Positions 11,198 to 23,065 of a DNA stretch of 64,000 nucleotides are shown here, in pieces (within the stretch, counting starts at the first letter, position 1; each line of letters opens with the position of its first letter). The position numbers and the translations under genes were made by a program. The notes under the pieces are model-generated. The model did not search any database and was not told where the DNA came from. It saw only the letters and a list, made by a program, of their open reading frames with translations. The stretch spans positions 372,001 through 436,000 of the forward strand of contig MU008149.1 in NCBI GenBank assembly GCA_010909165.1, given 5' to 3'. Origin of the DNA: Anthoceros angustus (Eukaryota > Plantae > Anthocerotophyta).

Positions 11198-12720
11198 TCA
11201 GGAGGTTGTCCATCGTCGCTTACTCCTTCGGGCTCCTGTGACCTCATCCTCTTCTCCATTTTCCGCTGGTCGCTTGGCCCCTCCTGACTCGGAGAACTCC
11301 CCTTTTGGACTCGTCCTGGTCACATTTCTTACCACATTTGCTTCGATGGGTAGGTCCTTCACTTGGGTAGGATGTGTATCACCTGCTACCTCTTCACTCG
11401 TAGGAGGTATACCTCCTACCAATTCATCCGTAGGAGGTTTACCTCCTACCAATTCATCCGTAGGAGGTTTACCTCCTACCAATTCATCCGTAGGAGGTTT
11501 ACCTCCTACCAATTCATCCGTAGGAGGTTTACCTCCTACCAATTCATCCGTGGAGGTTTACCTCCTACCAATTCATCCGTTGGAGGTTTACCTCCTACCA
11601 ATTCATCCGTTGGAGGTTTACCTCCTACCAATTCATCCGTTGGAGGTTTACCTCCTACCAATTCATCCGTTGGAGGTTGACCTCCTACCAATTCATCCGT
11701 TGGAGGTTTACCTCCTACCAATTCATCCGTAGGAGGTTTACCTCCTACTAATTCATCCGTAGGAGGTTTACTTCCTACCTTCAATACTTCCGCAGGTACT
11801 ACTCCTACGGCTTCTCCAACAATGGTAGGAGATCGTCGTCCTACCATATATTTCACGCTTGTTTGTGGGCACGAGCCCCTCCACAATTCCTCTTCTATCT
11901 ACGGGAGGTAATTCTCCCGCTTCCTGCTCTATCGCCAGGGGCGATGAATGTTCCTTGGCCTCCTCTATTCCAACCCTAGTAGGAACACTGGTAGGATTAG
12001 GCCAACCTCCCTCTTTCTCCTCTCCACTCGACAATTCCACCAAGGAAGGTCCCACCAGGGTGGTACCGGGTACGTCTTGGCTCGCTTGATTGGCTATGTT
12101 CAGCACAGGCCTTCTCTCCTCATACCATCCAATCACTTCGGCCTCCAAGGCTACTACTCCTTCAGGTTTCAAAACAGCAAGGTCTGTTTCCTCATCCTCC
12201 TTGTTGTATCGCTCCTCAATCGCCTCCAGGAGGTTGTTGTAGTAAGTTGCTACCCTGCCGCTCTCTCGCTTTTGCGCGTCCATGATCCTGGGCTCTTAGT
12301 GGGGTCGCACGCTCTCTCCGCACTCAACTACATCCATCCCTTCGTTAAAGCGGCCTCTCTTTCGATCACCGCCCTTTCCAGTTCTAAGGTGAGTCTCCCA
12401 ATTTCTCCGTCTTTTCGCCTGGCGTCGGTCCCCACGCGTTTCACCACCGCTACTGTGGCTCTAGCTTGCTCTTCTCGAAGAGCTTGTACTGCCTCCAGGG
12501 TGTGACGCACTGTCAACACATCCATTGGAAAAGAACTATAGGATTCCTAAAGTTCTTTGCCTCCGCTCCGTAGGCACTTGCAAGGTCGTTTAATTGCTTT
12601 CGTTGTTGATCCAGGAGCTCTCTTGTGATGCGGAGTTCCTCCTCGTCACCTTTAGCCATATCAGAGAGCTTTGAATTGGATGCCACCTCAAGTTGTGATC
12701 GTGCCAAGCGGAAAGCATTG
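11198..12720 (-). pseudogene. Coiled-coil plus repeat C-terminal part of the retroelement antisense gene family
   Basis: KDGEIGRLTLELERAVIEREAAL...MDAQKRESGRV matches KDKEIGRLALELEGAIVEKEAAL...MDAQKKESGRV at 29896-30090. AKRPAENGE resembles AKRPVEGE. Confidence 0.75.
11400..11780. repeat. 30-bp minisatellite, ~13 copies, with an internal 9-bp palindrome; encodes DELVGGKPPT on the - strand
   Basis: Unit gtaggaggtttacctcctaccaattcatcc repeated head to tail, with one 29-bp unit near 11550. Confidence 0.98.
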
Positions 12721-13429
12721 ATATGATGTTCGATGGAGTCCGACTGCTTCCCTTTCTACACAGACGCTGTTAAGAGATGTCATGAGTTTAATGACAGTCA
12801 CTCGCAACTTCCACAACCTCAAGACTCCCGTCAAAAGGGGTTTTGGAAAAAACCCCAACCCTATTTCGCCGGAAATTGAAGTTGGTTTGGTTTTTGTTGG
12901 TTTTTGTAGGTGTTCATCTATCGGTTTCGGGCATTCTCGGCTCCGGCAGCACTTCGTGTCAAGTCATCTACACCGCGCTGGCGCCTTGTACTCAGATTCA
13001 TGGCGATTTAGTCGGTGTGATAAAGGGCCATTGACCTCATTGTTCCATAATTTCGTCATGTCCGTAGTTTCTGCATTTTGTGTGGTTTTGTATATTTTTG
13101 TATACCAGAGAAGCCTAGGCGCGCATAAGTGCGCGTCTAAACAACGCTATGCGCAAACTTGTGCACACACTGTGCAAAAAGAACGCGAAAAATGATCTCC
13201 TGATGGGGAAACATGTCCTTTTGGAGGTTTGAGGATGTGCCGGAACTTTCAACAAAATAACAAATAGTAGACATCGGCGGAGGTTCACCAAGACCGCTCT
13301 CATATATCTATCCTATGCCCTAATGCGACTAAGAACACCCTATCCCCTTTGTATCCTTTACGGTGTTTCCGTCTTTTTCGGCGGTGACCTAGTACCGGGT
13401 TATCATCAAACATACTAGGGGGGCCAAGC

Positions 13430-15562
13430 TGGGTGAACAAGTGCATGCACCGGGCAGGGGCCCAGTGCACGCACTGTGGCAAGGGGCCCAGTGCACGCAC
13501 TGTGGCAAGGGGCCCAGGTGCGCTCACTTGTGCACGCACGAGGCAAGGGCAGTGCGCACTTGTCGCACAGTGGCAAGGGGCCAGGCGCGCACCAGTGCAG
13601 GCCCAGGCGCAAGGGGCCTAGGTGCGCACTTGTGCATGCACCGAGGGGCAAGGGGCCAGTGCGCACTTGTGCACGCACTGTGGCAAGGGGCCCAGTGCAC
13701 GCACTTGCGCACCCAAGGTCAAGAAGGGCCTAAGAGCATGAACCCATATGGTTCATGCCTCCTAGTGCATTCGACGGTTCATTCAAAGAAAAAAAGAACA
13801 AAAAATCTAAAAAACTCCAAAAAGATCCCAAAAAAATTCAATTTTTTGAGGCAAGTGCGTGCACAAGTGCACGCACTTGCCCTAAAATTTTGATATTTTT
13901 TGAATTTTTTGGTATTTTGTTTTATATTTTTGTTGGTTTAAAGGGTTCCTTTCGACGTTTTGAACCTTTTTTGTGCACCTCCCTAATGTGGATATGTTCT
14001 TATCTTTACTTAGCCCTCATCTTTTTTCTAGTGGTTAAAACTTTGAACTAGTAGTGAGAACCTTTGCATCTTTTGAATCTTGAGGCGTTTGGCGTGGGCC
14101 CGGCTCAAGTGCGAGACCATGCCACCCTCATTTCGCACTTTTGGATCAAAGAGCATCAGTTAACGAATATATTATTGTCCCAATGTCTAAGAAACAAAGT
14201 CTGTAAAATTCGGGCGAGTATAGTCTTAGGATTGACTAGTATAAATGAAAGGTTGGTGTGCAAACAAGTTTGCGCCAAAAATTACAACAAGCCCTAAAAA
14301 CTCTACAAGTTTGTATCGTCCAACACCGCAATGATTGCGGATGTTGGAAACTATAGATGTAAATGCGCGCATAAGTTTGCGCCGCAATTGTCCGATTTGA
14401 AAGAAAAGCCAAACGAGAATGGGACTTTAGGTTTTGCCATGTACTTGCAATCTACGATCTCAAATAACGTGTATTAAAACAATTATTCAAAAGGTTGCTT
14501 GGGTGACATGTCCGCAGAGAAATACCAAAAGGCTGATTATAGTGCGGATTTTTCAAGTGCAAAAGGGTCCGCCACGTCCATAGTTGAGCAAGACAAGTGC
14601 GCACAAGTGCACGCACTGTGGCAAGGGGCCCAGTGCACAAGTGCACGCACTTGCGCGCGCACCCAAGGTCAAGAAGGGCCTAAGAGCATGAACCCATATG
14701 GTTCATGCCTCCTAGTGCATTCGACGGTTCATTCAAAGAAAAAGAACAAAAATCTAAAAACTCCAAAGATCCCAAAAATTCAATTTTTTGAGGCAAGTGC
14801 ACAAGTGCACGACTTGCCCTAAAATTTTGATATTTTTGAATTTTTTGTATTTTGTTTTATATTTTTGTTGGTTTAAAGGGTTCCTTTCGACGTTTTGAAC
14901 CTTTTTTGTGCACCTCCCTAATGTGGATATGTTCTTATCTTTACTTAGCCCTCATCTTTTTTCTAGTGGTTAAAACTTTGAACTAGTAGTGAGAACCTTT
15001 GGCATCTTTTGAATCTTGAGACGTTTGGCGTGGGCCCAGCTCCAAGTGCAGACCATGCCACCCTCATTTTCGCACTACACGCGGATCAAAGAGCATCAGG
15101 TTAACGAATATATTATTGTCCCAATGTCTAAGAAACAAAGTCCTGTAAAATTCCCAGGGCGAGAGTATAGTCTTAGGATTGACTAGTATAAATGAAAGGT
15201 TGGTGTGCAAACAAGTTTGCGCGCCAAAATTACAGCAAGCCCTAAAAACTCTACAAGTTTGTATACGTCCAACACCTGGCAATGATTGCCAGGTGTTGGA
15301 GACTGTATAGATGTAAATGCGCGCATAAGTTTGCGCACGAATTCTGTGTCCAGTTTGAAAGAAAAAGCCAAACGAGAATGGGACTTTAGGTTTTTGCCAT
15401 GTACTTGCAATCTACGATCTCAAATAACGTGTATTAAAACAATTATTCAAAAGGTTGCTTGCGGGTGACATGTCTGCAGAGAAATACCAAAAAGGCTGAT
15501 TATAGTGCGGATTTTTTCAAGTGCAAAAAGGGGTCCGGCCACGTCCATAGTTGAGCAAGACA
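13430..15562. repeat. GTGCAC/GGGGCCC short-repeat block followed by a ~0.95-kb tandem duplication (about 13665-14594 and 14595-15562)
   Basis: Multiple gtgcacgcactgtggcaaggggccca units. Both long units end in tagttgagcaagaca. Confidence 0.9.
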
Positions 15563-15630
15563 GTCCCACATCTGTTTAGATGATCCTGCTTCACTTATGT
15601 GTCTCACCATTTGTTGTAAAAGACCACTGA

Positions 15631-16320
15631 TCAGGATATCTTGTGCCTTCTTCTTCTTTGCGTCCTAGGAACACTTATTCTCTTGCCCCCAAGCAGGGCA
15701 TTCAAGAGTTCCATTAACGACTTCCCAAAGCTCTCGGTTATGAAGGACTCTTCGCATTCGTAGGCGCTAGATGTCATAATCTTTGCCGTTGAATATGTCC
15801 TTCTCTTTAAAACCATCTCCATAATTGTGGATTATTGTTGACTTTGACTTGTTTCTCTATTGTCAACCCGTCATACTTCCCTTTGTACTACTCCGTCCGT
15901 TTCTCTATGGTAACTATCCTCTTCTGTAGGAGGTCCTTCTCATCTGCGAGGTCCTTTCCGGCCTTGCTGGCTATCGTAGTCACTGCCTTTCTCTCTTGAT
16001 TTGCTTCTCCTACCCTCTCCAGGGCAATTCTCAAACGTTCCTGCGCCTGATTCTTGGCGGTTTCCATCTCCTCAGCCTTCTTGGCTAAACTTGCTTCTCT
16101 CCCCAGGACCTGATCTATCATCTCCCACACATTCACCAACTGGGTGGTGATCCTATCTCGCTCTTTGGCCATGTCAAGGACAAAATGCTGTTTCTTTGAG
16201 GACGTCTTCAAGGCTCCTTTGAGTTTCTTCTCCACATCCTCCAATTCCTTTTTCACATCTCGAAGTTCAGCACAAACTTCGGCTGCTTCTCTCAAACTTT
16301 CCATTAGGCGTCAACTGGCC
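15631..16320 (-). pseudogene. Another coiled-coil member of the retroelement antisense gene family
   Basis: RIALERVGEANQ...SKAGKDLADEKDLLQKRI...YKGKY aligns with EAALARVG...SKAQRDLEDEKDLLRKKL...YKGKY at ~29530-29680 across frameshifts. Confidence 0.7.
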
Positions 16321-16400
16321 CCAACCCAATCTCTGGTAACTCAGCAGCCATCCTCTAAAACATGCCGACTGCACCCATGTACCAGGGAAAGCAGCCAGAT

Positions 16401-16500
16401 GGTAGATTGAGCCCCCGGATTGGGGTGCAGCTGTCCGGGGGAAGCTAGTAGATTGAGCCCCCGAATTGGGGTGCAGCTGTCCCGGGGAAAGCTGGTAGAT
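16401..16500. repeat. ~46-bp tandem repeat, 2 copies
   Basis: gtagattgagcccccg-attggggtgcagctgtcc-gggga-agct duplicated. Confidence 0.85.
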
Positions 16501-18389
16501 TGTCGACCATGTGCCCAGCCTTCGCACGGCAGCCAGCTCTAGTGGTGGTAGGCTCGTTGATCACGCTTCTTGGAGAGCTCAAGGCGCATTTCATATTCGC
16601 CCGCAACGCCGGGTTATGTACTGCTCTACATAAAACTGTTCTGAAGTCAAGCATGACTTGATTTTACGTATGTACATCTAGTGCACCCAATTCACGCATC
16701 GAACCTTTTGCCAGACTGGATTTAGATGGTTTATACTGGATTTTCTTCCCCCTCCTTCCCCAAGCACCCAAACGTCCGTATCACATAAAATTTTCCAAAG
16801 AAGCTTCAAACCACCGGTCATTTAGGAAAGCCAGACCCAGAAGATCAAGTCCATCGCCAAACAAAACCTTAGGCGACCACGTGATTTCAAGCGACCCTCC
16901 AATCCCAATCTATCACGGCACAGAGCTACCTTTGGAAGAACAAGGTATGTATGTAGCATAGCCTGATGAAAACCAAAACCGGCCATGATGACACACCGCA
17001 ACGCAATACCAGCCCACAGCAAGCTGCAGGAGAAGACGTAGGTAGTATCACTGAGTCTGTGCAAAAATGGAGGTAGTTGCTGCCCACTCAAGACCAGACA
17101 GGATGGGGGTATGAACTGAAGGTGGGTCATTCATACGCAAAAAGGTTATGAATACAGTCAGGACATGGATGACATGCAGGAGGAGGCACATGACCAGGAA
17201 GACGAGGCCTGAGATGATTCTTCTTCAGAGGCAGATGACGAGTACAGGAAGTGAGGATAAGATACCTTCGTTATTGTGAAGGGTACCTGGGTGGTTTTAG
17301 CCCAGCACAAGATACAGGCGTGAGGTTTTGGCCCAGTAAAGGTTGAGAGGGTTTTGGCCCAGTAAAACCTGACGGCATCCTTCACCCAGCACAAGATTCA
17401 GGCGTTTCTCAAAACCGATCTCCACTCAGTTTGACCATGTCACCAGTCGGCATGTTAGGTTACTCGGGATGAGATCTGCCGGGCTTCCGGAGTCCAGGGA
17501 ATCTCAAGCTGTTTGCAAATTTCAAGCAGCGACAAGATAGCCGGGATATCCAGCTGAGGAATCCTATCCTGCTTGCCTGGGCCAGGGCCAGGGCTTTCAA
17601 GAAATTCAGGTCAGCTGTTTCTTCTTGCATGGAAGCACAACATGTCCCGCACAAGAATGCAAGGAAGATCGTCCACAAATTGTGCCCTGGAGGAAGTTGA
17701 AGGTGGTGACTGCAAGCAAATTTTTGTGGAGCTTATCTGGAAAAGGTAGACGTGATGAAGGTGTCCTTGCTTAGAATCCCGGAGGAGAGCTTGGAGGCTC
17801 ATGAAAATTTGACACAGGTGGTGCAAGACTCTTTCGACGAGAAACACAGGGCTCAAGCTGAACTAGCAGCTGCCGTCACCCCCAGGCTAGGGTGAGCAAC
17901 AAGGTGAGAGCTCATAGGCGAAACAAGTACCTTGATACTATTCCTCTACAGGTCTTGGCTTGGATGGAGTAAATAACAGACAGACAAATTGGGAACCGGG
18001 GGATACTCACCCATCAACAGAGTCTTCCAAACTTGCTTGGCAGGAAACCAACATTCCAGACGAGGTAGCTTTTTTTCTCACCTTTCGGCAGCGGCCGCTC
18101 GGGCACGACCACAATGTCCAGACCATCCATAACTTTTAGGATTGCAGGCTTACTCTTCTGCTCTTCTTTTAGAAACTGACGGTCGTTTGAAACTGACGGT
18201 CGTTTTTCTGCTCTCTTTTCAGCTTGAGCACGATGACACTGCCCTGACCATCCATTAGTTTCAGGATAGCAGCCTCACCTAATTAGTTAGCCGTATGAGT
18301 GGACGTAGCTAATTATAACAATATTTATATATTCATTCGAATCTGCCTTAAATCTCCCAAGCCTTGGGTGACGTTGGTTGTGGTAAGGA

Positions 18390-18483
18390 GCGGTCGTTCC
18401 TTGGCCTACCTAAGGACCGGTCGTTCCTTGGATTCCCTAAGAACCGGTCGTTCCTTGGCGCTCGTACGGAGCGGCCGTTCCTT
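18390..18483 (+). repeat. 27-bp-period tandem repeat just upstream of the Hsp70-like ATG
   Basis: cggtcgttccttgg core four times (last copy variant). Confidence 0.85.
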
Positions 18484-18532
18484 ACAAGGAAGCAGGCTCC
18501 GGCGGTTCATCACGATTGAGTTTGATTCCACG

Positions 18533-20692
18533 ATGGCGGAGCCGAAGGTGGTGGTGGGGTTGGACTTAGGAGCGACATTTTCGGGATTTTCCTTCGCTGA
18601 GACGTCGAATCCGCAGAATATTTATACCTTCAAAGAGTGGTCCATGCCGAATGAAGGAGGCGGAAAGACGTATTGCAAGACGCAGACGAGCTTGTACTAC
18701 GTGCGCGATTCCGGAAAGAGCAGCGGATCATCAGATCCCGATATTTCAATTTCGGGATCATCAGATCCCGAGTTTGTGGTCAAGGATTGGGGCTGGGGTG
18801 CGCAGATGCAGTATATCGAAGCTCTGCACACCGTGTCCGAAATTCAGAGCCAGCTTGCCTCCGATTCGGGAAGGGTTTCCATGGAAGACCAAATTATAGC
18901 TTCAACCAAAGTGTGGCCATTGGAGTCGCAGCAAGAGGTAGGCTGTTTTGTGAGAAAGTTCTTGGGGGACTTCAACAAGGAGACGAAGGACAAGACGAGC
19001 TTGGAGGCCTTCAACGAGGAGAAGGCCGAGGGGAAGGAGTCCGGCAGCAGGAACGGGAAAGGGTTGAAGAAGAAAATTAAGGTGATTCGAAATCGTTTAT
19101 GGAAGGCCTTGAGGGAAACTTCGACCACGAGAGCACGGCAAGACGATGATGCGAGCACGCCATGGCTGGAGGCAGAGACGGTGCTGGAGGCAGAGATGGT
19201 GTACTCGCTTCCACATGGTTTGACGATGCATAGAGCTACAGTTGACTACCTTGGGAGCATTGCGGATTTCATCATACGCCATTTGCAGACCAGGTACGGC
19301 AAACGTTTGTCGAAGAGGGAAGTGCAATGGTGTCTGACAGTGCCTGCCATCATGGACCAAAACGCCAAGCAGCATATGAGGTACTGTGCGGAGAGAGCAG
19401 GGCTGGTGGTCGGTCCTTACTGTCCGTGGGAGATGGTAGACGCTGCCAGCCCCTTTCCTCTGCTCATGCCTTTGGAGCCGGATGCTGTGGCCGGTTATTG
19501 CATCAAGCACTGGACGCACCTGGCGATGCCTTGGAAGAGAGGAGCGGAGTTCTTGGTGGTCGATGCGGGAGGAGAAACAGTGGACATCGCGCGCGTGTAT
19601 GCGACGAAGACTCGCGGAATTAGGGCGCACATCGCGGGTCCTATCACGCAGGATGCGTGCGGAGGGACGTTCGTGGACAGGAATTTCATGAATTTTCTGT
19701 CCACGAAGGTAGGTCGCTTCCTTCCGGATTTTAGCAAGGAGAATCCGCTGGCCATAGCATCGTTGCTGCGGAAGTGGGAGGATTTGAAGAGGAGGTTCGA
19801 CGGGAGCCTAGCGGGGGGGTTCAACTTCGAGCTGCCCGACAAGCTGGCTAGGGCTTGGCAAAGGCACGAAGCCAATGGCATGCAGGCTGGGACGTTAACT
19901 ATCAGGAAGAGCTACCATGAGGTCAAGCTCACGATGCGGGACATGCTCGACATCTTCGACCCTGTAGTGGATCAAATCCTCAGCTTCATCAAGAAACATT
20001 TATCTTCCACTGTTCATCAGCTAATCTTGGTGGGGGGTTTCTCCGCATCGCCTTACTTCTTGAAGCGCGTGCACTATGCCTTCCATAACCACGACATGGT
20101 GAGGGAAATCCTGTGCCCTCCAGACCCTGGTAGCGTCATCTGTCAAGGTGCAGTCGTGCTAGGAGTGTCGCAGCCGGACATCCTCAGTGAGTTGATTAGG
20201 ATTTCACGCAGAACATATTGTTTCCGGGTTCTCAGGAAATTCGAGGCACACAAGGATCCAACTGACTTGCTGGTCATGGTAGATGGCAAATCCAAGTGTC
20301 TCAACGCCTTCGAGTTCGAAGTCCTTGTCAAGAGCGGCGAGCCGGTGGGCGTCAATCGGTGTGTGGAGGTGAGAGTTAATCCTGTCTCCTTGGGTCAAGA
20401 GCGAATAGGTGTGGTGCTGTACAGCACTTATGATCCTAGCCCGCGCTACACTTCTGATCCAGGTGTGAAAGAAGAGGGCTCTTTCTTCCTCGATATTTCT
20501 GAGGACGATCAGGGTTTTGACATTCCGTGTTGGCTGTCTCTCTATTTTTGTTTCGGAAGATCTTATATTCAAATGAAAGCCAAGCGTGAAAATTTTGGGA
20601 ATACTTATGAAGTGGTTCAAGGGTTGAATAAAATAGATTTTCTTTCTGATTATGTTCAATTTTTACCATGGAAATTTGGAGAGTATTTTTAA
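18533..20692 (+). CDS. Intronless HSPA12-type atypical Hsp70 / actin-like ATPase protein, ~719 aa
   Basis: VVVGLDLGATFSGFSFA, WCLTVPAI...AKQHMR..AERAGL, LEPDAVAGYC, FLVVDAGGETVDI, CGGTFVDRNF and LILVGGFSASPYF follow the HSPA12 motif series. The first ATG is at 18533 (the ORF track starts at an upstream GTG). No EEVD tail. Confidence 0.88.
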   Translation: MAEPKVVVGLDLGATFSGFSFAETSNPQNIYTFKEWSMPNEGGGKTYCKTQTSLYYVRDSGKSSGSSDPDISISGSSDPEFVVKDWGWGAQMQYIEALHTVSEIQSQLASDSGRVSMEDQIIASTKVWPLESQQEVGCFVRKFLGDFNKETKDKTSLEAFNEEKAEGKESGSRNGKGLKKKIKVIRNRLWKALRETSTTRARQDDDASTPWLEAETVLEAEMVYSLPHGLTMHRATVDYLGSIADFIIRHLQTRYGKRLSKREVQWCLTVPAIMDQNAKQHMRYCAERAGLVVGPYCPWEMVDAASPFPLLMPLEPDAVAGYCIKHWTHLAMPWKRGAEFLVVDAGGETVDIARVYATKTRGIRAHIAGPITQDACGGTFVDRNFMNFLSTKVGRFLPDFSKENPLAIASLLRKWEDLKRRFDGSLAGGFNFELPDKLARAWQRHEANGMQAGTLTIRKSYHEVKLTMRDMLDIFDPVVDQILSFIKKHLSSTVHQLILVGGFSASPYFLKRVHYAFHNHDMVREILCPPDPGSVICQGAVVLGVSQPDILSELIRISRRTYCFRVLRKFEAHKDPTDLLVMVDGKSKCLNAFEFEVLVKSGEPVGVNRCVEVRVNPVSLGQERIGVVLYSTYDPSPRYTSDPGVKEEGSFFLDISEDDQGFDIPCWLSLYFCFGRSYIQMKAKRENFGNTYEVVQGLNKIDFLSDYVQFLPWKFGEYF

Positions 20693-21324
20693 ACTGGTTT
20701 AATAATTTTATATCTTAGAAATATTTTTTGAGTACATACAATTCTAAGCGTGAAAATTTATGGAATACTTCTTAAACAGTCTAAAAAATAATTAATACCA
20801 TTAGTTATAACCAATCATTAATTTTATATAATATTCAATGAGGATGTAGATTGGATAGAGAAAAAAGTTATCTTAAAGCGATGTCATTTATCAGTGAGTC
20901 TTTTTGTCAATGAGAACCTATTAGCAATTCTTTTTGTGAAGAACTCATCACATGCTGAAGAATTTGTACTTTTGGTCAGGCATATGTACGGATGGAAAAA
21001 AAAACCTTTATTATAAAAAAAAGATGGGAAAAAACCAACCACCGTCGTGTGATCGGGAAGTGCATAGTTGCACCCACCAGGACCAATGCTTGGAGTACGC
21101 GCATCCATAGCGTTGAGGCGGTCCATGGACATGGAGAGCAATTAAAGGACCTCGATAACAACCGACGAAGGAACCAGGTCCTCTAGTGTTAGAAGTGATT
21201 TATTACAATATATCAAAATATGTTATGAATTGTACCCTAAAAGCAGGTTACTAAGAGTGCCCTAAAAATAACAAATTTGAAAGTCATGCATCTTCTAGAA
21301 AGCCCAAAATAAAAGACATGACCA

Positions 21325-21412
21325 GTAGGATTCAAGGTCAAGTAACCTGTAGGATTCAAGGTCGAGTAACCAATAGAATTCAAGGTCAAGTGACCAATAG
21401 GATTCAAGGCTA
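21325..21412. repeat. 24-bp tandem repeat, ~4 copies, in an LTR-like AT-rich block
   Basis: taggattcaaggtcaagtaacc variants. Confidence 0.8.
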
Positions 21413-21559
21413 GGACTAAATAAGGCCAAGCCCACAAACATGTGAGGTGCGGTGTGTGCAAGTGTTCTTGTGTGATTGTGTGCTAGTATCTAGTGTGATG
21501 TTCATCCGAGCCATATTGCTATCCAACTCCCATATTGCCAAACTAGCTTGTCGCTATTG

Positions 21560-22900
21560 CAATCCATAGCGGAGATGAAAGCCTTCATGGCAATCAGAGG
21601 GCAAGGAGGAGCTGGCAAGGGGAAGAGGGAAAGAGAGCTCAAGAGGAGCTAGCCCTCATGGCAACGAGGGGGCAAGGAGGAGCTAGCAAAGGGAAGAGGG
21701 GAAGAGAGCTCAAGAGGAGCTGGAGAGGAAAGAGAGGAAGAGAGCTCAAGGGGAGGAGGGAAAGAGAGCTATGGAGATGAAAGCCTTCATGACAACAAGA
21801 GGGCAAGGAGGAGTTGGCAAGGGGAAGAGGAGAAGAGAGCTCAAGAGGAGCTGGAGAGGAAAGAGAGGAAGAGAGCTCAAGGGGAAGAGGGGAAGAGATG
21901 GAGAGGAAAGAGAGGAAGAGAGCTCAAGGGGAGGAGACGAAGAGAGCTATGGAGATGAAAGCCTTCATGACAACGAGAGGGCAAGGAGGAGCTGGCAAGG
22001 GGAAGAGGGAAAGAGAGCTCAAGAGGAGCTAGCCCTCATGGCAACGAGAGGGCAAGGAGGAGCTGGCAAGGGGAAGAGGGAAGAGAGCTCAAGAGGAGCT
22101 AGCCCTCATGGCAACGAGAGGGCAAGGAGGAGCTGGCAAGGGGAAGAGGGGAAGAGAGCTCAAGAGGAGCTGGAGAGGAAAGAGAGGAAGAGAGCTCAAG
22201 GGGAAGAGGGGAAGAGAGCTCAAGAGGAGCTGGAGAGGAAGAGAGGAAGAGAGCTCAAGGGGAAGAGGGGAAGAGAGCTCAAGAGGAGCTGGAGAGGAAA
22301 GAGAGGAAGATAGCTCAAGGAGGAGCTGGCGACGGGGAGAGAGGAAGAAAGCTCGAGAGGACAAGGAGGAGAGGAAGAAAGCTCAGAGGACAAGGAGGAG
22401 CTGGCAAGGGGAAGAGGGGAAGATAGCTCAAGAGGAGCTGGAGAGGAAAGAGAGGAAGAGAGCTCAAGGGAGAGAGGAAGAGAGCTCAAGGGGAGAGGAA
22501 GAAAGCTCGAGAGGACAAGGAGGAGTTGGCAAGGGGAAGAGAGCTCAAGAGAAGCTAGAGAGGAAAGAGAGGAAGAGAGCTCAAGGAGGAGAGGAAGAGA
22601 GAAAGAGAGGAAGAGAGCTCCAGGAGGAGAGGAAGAGAGCTCAAGGAGGAGAGGAAGAGAGCTCAAGGAGGAGCTGGCGATGGGGAGAGAGGAACACAGC
22701 TCTAGAAGGAGCTGGCGACGGCGAGGGAGAATGGAGAGCCCAAGGACCACTGGCGAAGGGTAGAGAAGAAGTGAGCTTGTTGAGATGGTGGCGAGGGGAG
22801 AATGGAGAGCCCAAGAGGGCTGGCAAAGGGTAGAGAGGAAGTGAGCTTCTTGAAATGGCTGTGGGAGAGAGGAAGAAAGCTCTAGGAGGAGCTGCCTGGA
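21560..22900 (+). repeat. 1.3-kb extremely purine-rich degenerate tandem array with GAGCTC-containing units
   Basis: Units such as gaggaagagagctcaagaggagctgg, plus higher-order ~60-bp and ~180-bp repeats. Confidence 0.95.
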
Positions 22901-23065
22901 TCTTTCTTGCTTGAAAGCCTGAGTAGTGGACGAAAAGGTTCCAACTTGAAAGCCCAGTAGTCGACAAAAATTCTTTCCCTTCACCATATTCAAAAACTAA
23001 GCTGTGTTACGTACACTGTGAATGCCTACACGGCTGAACCACTCGAATGGACTATCACGGTTCTT

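Noticed and set aside
11400-11780. CRISPR-like array of palindromic 30-bp repeats
   Set aside because: There are no unique spacers and no cas genes, and the context is eukaryotic. It is a head-to-tail minisatellite.
16800-18130. Possible LINE or host-gene remnant
   Set aside because: No diagnostic motif could be read with confidence.
18299-18532. 78-aa N-terminal extension of the Hsp70-like ORF
   Set aside because: It starts at GTG and runs through a tandem repeat. Family homology begins right after ATG 18533.
21140-21187. Possible Helitron 3' end (CTAG/T) that might have captured the Hsp70-like gene
   Set aside because: There is no compact GC hairpin at the expected distance and no identifiable 5' TC end or RepHel sequence.
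21771-22993. Long Arg/Glu/Gly- or Leu/Ser-rich ORFs
   Set aside because: These are by-products of a stop-poor purine repeat that is open in several frames.
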